In this document: positions 28,172-35,276 of the stretch, one piece after another
Position numbering within the stretch: position 1 is the stretch's first letter
How the letters are laid out: the number at the start of each line of letters is the position of its first letter
Origin: Caulobacter sp.
Lineage (GTDB): Bacteria; Pseudomonadota; Alphaproteobacteria; Caulobacterales; Caulobacteraceae
DNA: 64,000 bases
Direction of reading: 5' to 3'
Assembly: GCA_030645575.1 (NCBI GenBank)
Contig: JAUSMJ010000005.1
Span: 11,552 to 75,551 of the forward strand
Notes under the pieces: model-generated
The model's database searches: none
Seen by the model: only the letters and a program-made list of their open reading frames with translations
What the model was told of the DNA's origin: nothing
Made by a program: the position numbers and the translations under genes

Positions 28172-28843
28172 ATGCGAATCCTGATCATCGAGGACGACAT
28201 CGAAGCGGCGGAGGCGATGAGCCGCGGCCTCGGCGAGGCCGGCTACGACTGCATCCACGCCGCCGATGGCGCGGCGGGTCTGGCCCAGGCCCAGAAGCGC
28301 GGCTTCGACGTGCTGATCGTCGATCGCATGATGCCGAAGATGAACGGCGTGCAGGTGGTCGAGACGATCCGCCGCGAGGGCGACGCGACCCCCGTGCTGT
28401 TCCTGTCCGCGCTGGGCGAGGTGGCAGACCGGGTCGATGGCCTGCAGGCCGGCGCCGACGACTATCTGGTCAAGCCCTACGCCTTCCCCGAGCTGATCGC
28501 CCGGGTCGAGGCCCTGTCCCGCCGCCGCGAGACGGGGGCGGTCGCGACGACCCTCAAGGTCGGCGATCTCGAAATGAACCTGATCGCCCGCACCGTGCAT
28601 CGGGGAACGACCGAGATCGATCTGCAGCCGCGCGAATTCCAGCTGCTGGAATTCATGATGCGCCACGCCGGCCAGTCGGTGACCCGCACCATGCTGCTGG
28701 AGAAGGTCTGGGAGTACCATTTCGATCCCCAGACCAACGTCATCGACGTGCACATCTCCCGCCTGCGCTCCAAGATCGACAAGGGCTTCGAGCGCCAGAT
28801 GCTGCAGACCGTGCGCGGCGCCGGTTACCGGCTCGATCCGTAA
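28172..28843 (+). CDS. OmpR-family response regulator
   Basis: MRILIIEDD...DVLIVDRMMPKMNG receiver domain, plus a winged-helix domain (REFQLLEFMM...RGAGYRL). Confidence 0.92.
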   Translation: MRILIIEDDIEAAEAMSRGLGEAGYDCIHAADGAAGLAQAQKRGFDVLIVDRMMPKMNGVQVVETIRREGDATPVLFLSALGEVADRVDGLQAGADDYLVKPYAFPELIARVEALSRRRETGAVATTLKVGDLEMNLIARTVHRGTTEIDLQPREFQLLEFMMRHAGQSVTRTMLLEKVWEYHFDPQTNVIDVHISRLRSKIDKGFERQMLQTVRGAGYRLDP

Positions 28844-28861
28844 GGAGCTGGCGCCACGCCC

Positions 28862-30268
28862 ATGCGCCTGCCCCGGATATTCCGCACCACGCCGTTCCGG
28901 CTGACGCTGCTGTTCCTGGCGATGTTCGCCGCGGCCGCCGCCGCCTTCCTCGCCTATGCCTATCTGGCGACGGCCGGGGAGGTGACGCGCCGGGCCGACG
29001 ACGAGATCCGCCGCGAGATGAACTCCCTGGAGGCCATCTACCGCCGGGGCGGGACATCGTCCCTGAACCAGGCCCTGATCGAGCGGGCGGTGGGCGAGCG
29101 GCCCTTCCTCTACCTGCTGCTGGACAGGCAGGGCCACAAGATCACCGGTTCGATCGAGGAATCACCGATCGGGTTTACCGATGAGCCGGGCGAGCACTGG
29201 ACCACCTTCCAGGTCACCGACACCGACCCCGACGGCGGCGAGGTCAAGCGTCCGGCGCGGGGCCTGCAGGAGCGGCTCGAGGGCGGCGAGGTGCTGTTCG
29301 TCGGCGCCGACGTCGGCGAGTCCGAGGGGTTCGTCACCGGCATCGTCCGCGCGCTGTGGGGGGCCGGCGCCCTGGTGATCCTGCTCGGCCTGGCCGGCGG
29401 GATCATCGTCAGCCGCAATGTCAGCCGCCACATGGCTGGCCTGAACGAAACCGTGGCGGCCGTCCGCGCCGGCGACCTGAAGGCCCGCGCCCGCGTGCGC
29501 GGCGCGCGCGACGAATACGACGAGCTGGCCGAGGGTCTGAACGAGATGCTCGACCGGCTCGAGCGCTCGATGGGCGGCCTGCGCCATGCCGGCGACGCCA
29601 TCGCCCACGACCTGCGCTCGCCGCTGACCCGGCTGCGGGCGCGCATGGAGTCGGCCCTCATCGAGGTCGAGGCCGGCAAGGGCGATCCGAAACAGGCGCT
29701 GATCCAGGCGCTCGACGACGCCGACAACGTGCTGACAACCTTCAACGCCGTGCTGGCCATCGCCCGGCTGCAGGCCGCCGGCAGCGCTCCGGACCAGACC
29801 CTGTTCGACCCGGGTCAGCTGGCCGCCGACATGGCCGAGCTCTACGAGCCGCTGTGCGAGGAGAAGGGCATCGACTTCAAGGTCGAGCTGATCCCCCGGC
29901 TGACGGTCAAGGCGGCCCGGCCGATCCTCGCCCAGGCCCTGGCCAACGTCATCGACAACGCCATCAAATACACCCCGCCCGGCGGGGCGGTGATGATCCG
30001 GGTGCGCCGCCGCTCGTCGGGCGAGATCGAGTTCTCGGTCACCGACAACGGTCCGGGCGTGCCGCTGGAGGACCGCAACCGCGTGGTCCAGCGCTTCGTG
30101 CGGCTGGAAAACAGCCGCAGCGAGCCGGGATCGGGGCTGGGCCTGTCGCTGGTTGCGGCGGTGGCCGAGGCCCATGGCGGCCGGCTGGAGCTGGACGAGG
30201 GCCCGGGCCAGTACGACGGCTTCGGGCCGGGGTTGCGTGTGGCGCTGGTATTGCCTAGGGTTGAATAG
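28862..30268 (+). CDS. sensor histidine kinase (HAMP-HisKA-HATPase)
   Basis: H-box AIAHDLRSPLTRL; N/G boxes DNAIKYTP, DNGPGV, GSGLGLSLV; two TM segments. Confidence 0.9.
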   Translation: MRLPRIFRTTPFRLTLLFLAMFAAAAAAFLAYAYLATAGEVTRRADDEIRREMNSLEAIYRRGGTSSLNQALIERAVGERPFLYLLLDRQGHKITGSIEESPIGFTDEPGEHWTTFQVTDTDPDGGEVKRPARGLQERLEGGEVLFVGADVGESEGFVTGIVRALWGAGALVILLGLAGGIIVSRNVSRHMAGLNETVAAVRAGDLKARARVRGARDEYDELAEGLNEMLDRLERSMGGLRHAGDAIAHDLRSPLTRLRARMESALIEVEAGKGDPKQALIQALDDADNVLTTFNAVLAIARLQAAGSAPDQTLFDPGQLAADMAELYEPLCEEKGIDFKVELIPRLTVKAARPILAQALANVIDNAIKYTPPGGAVMIRVRRRSSGEIEFSVTDNGPGVPLEDRNRVVQRFVRLENSRSEPGSGLGLSLVAAVAEAHGGRLELDEGPGQYDGFGPGLRVALVLPRVE

Positions 30269-30301
30269 ACTCGACCCCATTCAACAAATTGTATATACGA
30301 A

Positions 30302-30565
30302 ATGGCGTTCGTCTTCGATCCGGACAAGGACGCGACCAACCGCGAGAAGCATGGCCTGTCGCTGGCGCGGGCGGTCAACATAGATTTCGCGATCTATCTG
30401 CCGGACGACCGGCGCGCCTATGGCGAACGGAGACTGCGAGCCTTTGGTTTGTTGGACGGCGAGCCGTGCTGCTTGGCGTTTACCGTGCGCGGCGAAGACA
30501 TCAGGCTGATCAGCCTGCGCCGGGCGCATTGGAAGGAGTATCGGCGATATGTCCCGCAAGCGTGA
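30302..30565 (+). CDS. brnT: BrnT-family (DUF497) ribonuclease toxin
   Basis: 87 aa, FDPDKDATNREKHGLSLARA...RLISLRRA matches the BrnT pattern (FEWD..K...N..KHG.SF). Confidence 0.85.
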   Translation: MAFVFDPDKDATNREKHGLSLARAVNIDFAIYLPDDRRAYGERRLRAFGLLDGEPCCLAFTVRGEDIRLISLRRAHWKEYRRYVPQA

Positions 30566-30836
30566 GCCGTCGGTTGTGTTCGACGACGACAATCCGGAAT
30601 GGACGGAAGAGGACTTCGCCCGCGCCCGCCCGGCGTCCGAACTTCCGCCCGAAGTCCTGGCGCACTTTCCCAAGACCCTCGCGCGTATCCGCGGCCTCCA
30701 GAAGGCGGCGACCAAGCGGGCGGTTTCGATCCGCCTTAGCGCCGAGGTCGTCGATCACTTCCGCGCGGGCGGTCCGGGATGGCAGACCCGCATCGACCAG
30801 GCGCTGAAGGATGTGATCGCGCGCAAGATCGGATAG
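30549..30836 (+). CDS. brnA: BrnA antitoxin
   Basis: 95 aa, overlaps brnT by 17 nt. C-terminal SIRLSAEVVDHFRAGGPGWQTRIDQALK matches the BrnA RHH-like signature. Confidence 0.85.
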   Translation: MSRKREPSVVFDDDNPEWTEEDFARARPASELPPEVLAHFPKTLARIRGLQKAATKRAVSIRLSAEVVDHFRAGGPGWQTRIDQALKDVIARKIG

Positions 30837-30920
30837 TGGCCCGGAGCCCGATCATGTCGCCTCGACCGACAGCCCCCTGACCGCTGGCCCCGGGCGCCGA
30901 AGGCGGGCAGTCTGCCGGAC

Positions 30921-33809
30921 ATGACTCGCCTCGCCGACCGCATCACCCCCTGCGGCCCGATCATCGACACCCGGGCCGCCGAGCGCACCCGGGAGCTGCT
31001 GGCCGAGAAGATCGGCGGCCCGGCGTTCGAGGCGGCGTGGCCGGCGTTGGCGCCGGTGTTCGGCGCCTCGCCCTATCTGGCCGGCCTGGCCCGCCGACGG
31101 CCGGCGGCCCTGCGCGAGACGCTGGAGAGCGATCCCGAGGACCGGCTTGGCGACATCCTGCAGCTGGCTCACGCCCAGGCCGACGAGCCGGACGACGAGG
31201 TCGGCCGCCGGGTCCTGCGCGAGCTGAAGGCCGACCTGCACCTGCTGACCGCCATCGCCGACCTGGGCGGGGTCTGGGACCTGGACCAGGTCACCGGCGC
31301 CCTGGCCCGGTTCGCCGACGCCGCCCTCCACGCCGCCGTGGCCCTGACCGCGCGGGCCGAGATCGCGCGCGGCCGGCTGGTCGCCGTGGAGCCCGGGCCG
31401 GCCGGGCCGATCCCCGGGCTGATGATCATCGCCATGGGCAAGCACGGCGCGTTCGAGCTGAACTACTCCAGCGACATCGACATCAGCTTCTTCTACGAGC
31501 CCGAACGGTTGCCCTTGGCCGAAGGGGTGGAGGCGGGCGACGAAGCCGTGCGCATCGCCCACGGCGTGGCGCGCGCGCTGCAGGACCGCACGGCCGACGG
31601 CTATGTCTTTCGCGTCGATCTGCGGCTGCGGCCCGATCCGTCCTCGACCCCGCCGGCCGTGCCGGCGCCGGCGGCCTTCGCCTATTACGAATCCGTCGGC
31701 CAGAACTGGGAGCGGGCGGCCTTCATCAAGGCCCGGGCGGCGGCCGGCGACATCCCGGCGGGCAAGGCCTTCCTGGACGAACTCAAGGCCTTCGTCTGGC
31801 GCAAGAACCTCGACTTCGCCTCGATCGCCGACATCCATTCGATCAAGCGGCAGATCCATACCTACAAGGTCGATGACCGGCTGACGGCCAAGGGCGCCGA
31901 CCTCAAGCTGGGCCGGGGCGGCATCCGCGAGATCGAGTTCTACGTCCAGACCCAGCAGCTGATCCTCGGCGGCCGGCACCCGGATCTGCGGTCCAACCGC
32001 ACCCTTGACGCCCTGGCCGCGCTGGAGGCCGCCGGTCATGTGGCGCCGGAGGCGGCCGAGGCCCTGACCCGCGCCTATCGCGACCTGCGCGCGCTGGAAC
32101 ACCGGGTGCAGATGCTGGCCGACGACCAGACCCACCGCCTGCCGGAGTCCGACGCCGACCGCAAGCGGGTCGCCGCCCTGTGGGGCCAGGACAACCTGCG
32201 CGGCTTCGACGCCACCGTCGGCCGCATCCTCAGGGGCGTCAACGCCATCTACGGCGAGCTGTTCAAGGGTGAGGAGGAGCTCTCGTCCCGCTTCGGCAGC
32301 CTGATCTTCACCGGCGTGGAGGACGACCCGGCCACCTTGGCGACGATCAAGCGGATGGGCTTCTCCAACCCGCCGCAGGTGTCCCAGACCATTCGCGGCT
32401 GGCATCACGGCCGGATCGCCGCCACGCGCACCGAGCGGGGCCGCGAGCTGTTCACCCGGCTGGCGCCACGCCTGCTGGACGCGGTGCAGGCCACCGGCGC
32501 GCCGGACGCGGCCTTCAACCGCTTCGCCGACTTCTTCGGCGGGCTGTCGTCGGGCGTGCAGGTGCAGTCGCTGTTCCTGGCCCAGCCGCGGCTGCTCGAG
32601 CTGATCGTTCAGGTGATGGCCTACGCCCCGCAGCTGGCCCAGACCCTGGCGCGCCGGCCGGCGGCGCTCGACGCCCTGCTCGACAGCGCCTTCTTCCAGC
32701 CGTTCGAGACAGGGCAGGGCGAGGCGGCCTTCAGCCGGGCCCTGGGCCAGGCCGACGGCTTCGAGGCGGCCATGGACGCGGCCCGGCGCGTGCACCGCGA
32801 ACAGGCCTTCCGCGTCGGGGTCCAGGTGATGAGCGGCACGGCCAGCGCGGCCCAGGCCGGCGCCGCCTTCGCCGACCTGGCCGACCTGTGCATCCAGGGC
32901 CTGGCCGGCGCGGCGCTGACCGAGACGGTCCGGCAGGGTGGGGCGTTCGAGGGCGACGTGGCGGTGGTGGCGCTGGGCAAATGCGGCGGCCGGGAGATGA
33001 CCGCCCGCTCCGACCTTGACCTGATGACCCTCTACCGCTCCGCCGATCTGGCCGGGATGTCGGCCGTCAAGGGCTGGAGCGCCGACGTCTTCTACGCCCG
33101 CTTCACCCAGCGCCTGATCGCGGCCCTGTCGGCGCCGACGGGCGAGGGCGGCCTCTACGAGGTCGATATGCAGCTGCGGCCGACCGGCAGCAAAGGCCCG
33201 GTGGCGGTCAACCTCAAGGCGTTCGAGACCTACTACGACCGCGAGGCCGAGACCTGGGAGATGCTGGCCCTGACTCGCGCGCGGGTCGTGTGGTCCAGTT
33301 CGGAGGCGTTCGCCGCCGAGGCCGCCCAGGCGATCGAGACGGCCCTGCGCCGGCCGCGCGATCCGGTCCGCACCGCCATCGATGTGCGCGAGATGCGGGC
33401 GCTGATGGAGGCCGAACGGCCGCCGTCGGGCTTCTGGGACCTCAAGCTGTCGCCGGGCGGGCTGGTGGACATCGAGTTCGCCGCGCAGCATCTGCAGATC
33501 GTCCATGCCGCGGCCGGCGGTCCGCTGGACCAGAACACCGGCGCGGCCCTGGCGGCGCTGGAGGCCGCCGGCCTGGGCGAGTCCGGGCCCCTGAAGGACC
33601 TGGCGGAGGCCTGGCGGCTGCAGCAGGACCTGTCGCAACTGCTCAAGCTGGCCCTCGACGACCGGGCCGACCCCGACGGCGAGCCCAAGGGGTTGCAGGC
33701 TCTGCTGGCCCGGGCCGGAGACGCGCGCAACCTCGGGGACCTGCGCAAACGCCTGACCGCCGCCCGCGACAACTCGCGCGGGGCCTTCGACCGCCTGACT
33801 TGTTCGTGA
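30921..33809 (+). CDS. glnE: bifunctional glutamine synthetase adenylyltransferase/adenylyl-removing enzyme
   Basis: 962 aa with duplicated nucleotidyltransferase cores (GKHGAFELNYSSDIDISFFY and GKCGGREMTARSDLDLMTLY), each followed by a GlnE-type helical domain. Confidence 0.95.
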   Translation: MTRLADRITPCGPIIDTRAAERTRELLAEKIGGPAFEAAWPALAPVFGASPYLAGLARRRPAALRETLESDPEDRLGDILQLAHAQADEPDDEVGRRVLRELKADLHLLTAIADLGGVWDLDQVTGALARFADAALHAAVALTARAEIARGRLVAVEPGPAGPIPGLMIIAMGKHGAFELNYSSDIDISFFYEPERLPLAEGVEAGDEAVRIAHGVARALQDRTADGYVFRVDLRLRPDPSSTPPAVPAPAAFAYYESVGQNWERAAFIKARAAAGDIPAGKAFLDELKAFVWRKNLDFASIADIHSIKRQIHTYKVDDRLTAKGADLKLGRGGIREIEFYVQTQQLILGGRHPDLRSNRTLDALAALEAAGHVAPEAAEALTRAYRDLRALEHRVQMLADDQTHRLPESDADRKRVAALWGQDNLRGFDATVGRILRGVNAIYGELFKGEEELSSRFGSLIFTGVEDDPATLATIKRMGFSNPPQVSQTIRGWHHGRIAATRTERGRELFTRLAPRLLDAVQATGAPDAAFNRFADFFGGLSSGVQVQSLFLAQPRLLELIVQVMAYAPQLAQTLARRPAALDALLDSAFFQPFETGQGEAAFSRALGQADGFEAAMDAARRVHREQAFRVGVQVMSGTASAAQAGAAFADLADLCIQGLAGAALTETVRQGGAFEGDVAVVALGKCGGREMTARSDLDLMTLYRSADLAGMSAVKGWSADVFYARFTQRLIAALSAPTGEGGLYEVDMQLRPTGSKGPVAVNLKAFETYYDREAETWEMLALTRARVVWSSSEAFAAEAAQAIETALRRPRDPVRTAIDVREMRALMEAERPPSGFWDLKLSPGGLVDIEFAAQHLQIVHAAAGGPLDQNTGAALAALEAAGLGESGPLKDLAEAWRLQQDLSQLLKLALDDRADPDGEPKGLQALLARAGDARNLGDLRKRLTAARDNSRGAFDRLTCS

Positions 33810-34036
33810 GGCGACGGAACGTCCGTCGGCGGCCGTTCAACGGGCGGGGTGCAACAAGCAGCAAGCCGAACAAGAAGGCGATCGCTCTCGCCACCCCGCC
33901 GCCAGACGAGCGGGCCAACCTGGCCGAGGCCGTGCGCCCAGGTGGCCAACCGGCGCTTCCAGCGGCAGTGGAAAGGCCGGCCACGGGATCGGCCCGCCGG
34001 ACCGGCGCGGGCACGCCTGTCCGGTGGCCCATAACG

Positions 34037-34480
34037 TCAAGCCACGCCGGGAGGCCAGACCGCGATGATCGCCCCCCTGACGTTGACGCCGAGGCAGTAA
34101 TCATACCATAGCGCCAAGCCTGTCACTATGATCGCCCACACCAGACTGGCGAGCGATCCCACGAGGAAATATTCAGCCTCGATCCGTTCATCGAGATCCT
34201 TGAAGCGGGCGACGGTCTTGAGCGCGACGACGGCGACAAGGACCTCCCAGGACCCGACCACGAGGCCGATCATGATGGTGGTTCGTTCCAGCGATCCGAT
34301 GATCCGTCCGGCCTTGAGCGAAGGGCCAGGGGGCATCGTGCCGTCCGCAGCCGGCGGCGGGGCAGGGGGCGTGGTTGGCAGACCGCACGCCCGAAGCAGT
34401 TCCCGGCAGAAGACATTGCCGACGAACGTCAGCAGAAACAGCGCCACCGCATAGCCGGCGACTTGAAGCGCCAGTGTCAT
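34037..34480 (-). CDS. DUF3307/SatE-like integral membrane protein
   Basis: 147 aa from the ATG at 34480 (ATGA overlap with the upstream gene's stop). About 4 hydrophobic segments. Follows a SatD-like gene, as in sat operons. Lower GC than the flanks. Confidence 0.6.
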   Translation of the reverse strand: MTLALQVAGYAVALFLLTFVGNVFCRELLRACGLPTTPPAPPPAADGTMPPGPSLKAGRIIGSLERTTIMIGLVVGSWEVLVAVVALKTVARFKDLDERIEAEYFLVGSLASLVWAIIVTGLALWYDYCLGVNVRGAIIAVWPPGVA

Positions 34481-35178
34481 CGGAATCCGTAGCTCCGGTC
34501 TAGATCGCCTATTGCGTGCTCTACAGCATTCCACAGGCTTTCATAGAAATCTAGTCGGGCGGCGCGCCTGACCTTATAGAAGGCCCGCTGGGATACGCCG
34601 AGGCGGGCCGCCAGGTCAGCGTGGAGACCTTGATGGTCCAGCGACGCGGCGACGATCTCGACCTGGCGGTCGGTCCAGGCTGATTCCACGCTGGATATCG
34701 ACAGGCCGACCGCTTCGAGCAGTCGCTCGATCGTCGGGTTGTCGGGCAAGTGAAATCGATAGACGTTCGGGTCGCGCTTATCGGCCAGCTTTTCTCGCGA
34801 TCCGGCCAGACCCGGACCCATCATGTTCCAGGCGCGGTCTGTGTTCAGCGGGGTTTCGAGCCTTACCACACCCAGCACAAACCGGCAGTCTATCCGGCTG
34901 GCGAGAAGCCGGCGGCGCAGCGTGCGGATGATCGACAGGCCGGTTGAGAGGGAGCGGCAAAGGCCCTGGAATTCGTCGCCGAGCGTTACCGTGAGAGGAG
35001 AGGCTATCTCGGCCCGGCGCTCGTCATTGAGGCGCTCGATGGCCTCGTTGAACGCCGCATGGAGGCCGGTGACAGAGGTGACAGTCTCACTGCCCACGAG
35101 GTCGCCCATAACCGCCACATGGCTGTAGCCCGCGCTACGTGGCGAGGCGGAGTTCGGAGATTCGGACCTCGGCGACAT
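34477..35178 (-). CDS. SatD-family protein (GGDEF-like palm motifs plus C-terminal HTH)
   Basis: 233 aa. Motifs are VAVMGDLVGS near the N-terminus, TLGDEFQGL mid-protein, and a C-terminal helix-turn-helix-like LAARLGVSQRAFYKVRRAAR. Recalled as the SatD family architecture. Confidence 0.65.
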   Translation of the reverse strand: MSPRSESPNSASPRSAGYSHVAVMGDLVGSETVTSVTGLHAAFNEAIERLNDERRAEIASPLTVTLGDEFQGLCRSLSTGLSIIRTLRRRLLASRIDCRFVLGVVRLETPLNTDRAWNMMGPGLAGSREKLADKRDPNVYRFHLPDNPTIERLLEAVGLSISSVESAWTDRQVEIVAASLDHQGLHADLAARLGVSQRAFYKVRRAARLDFYESLWNAVEHAIGDLDRSYGFR

Positions 35179-35194
35179 TGGCTGCTCTCCGTAT

Positions 35195-35271
35195 GAACCA
35201 TATCTGGATCACTTGAGAGTATGTGAACCTAAATAGGTTCATAAGAAAAAAATGACCCGGTTCAGGTTCAT
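35195..35271. promoter_or_regulatory. TGAACC/GGTTCA repeat cluster (candidate operator) upstream of satD-like gene
   Basis: TGAACC at 35195. Palindrome TGAACCTAAATAGGTTCA at 35225-35242. Tandem GGTTCAGGTTCA at 35260-35271. All lie in a locally AT-rich 98-bp intergenic region. Confidence 0.4.
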
Positions 35272-35276
35272 TTCTT

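Noticed and set aside
33810-34036. 227-bp non-coding gap after glnE, considered as a possible att site, sRNA or gene remnant flanking the satDE island.
   Set aside because: No direct repeat matching the other flank (35179-35276) was found, and no hairpin, terminator or credible ORF. It is kept only as context for the island finding.
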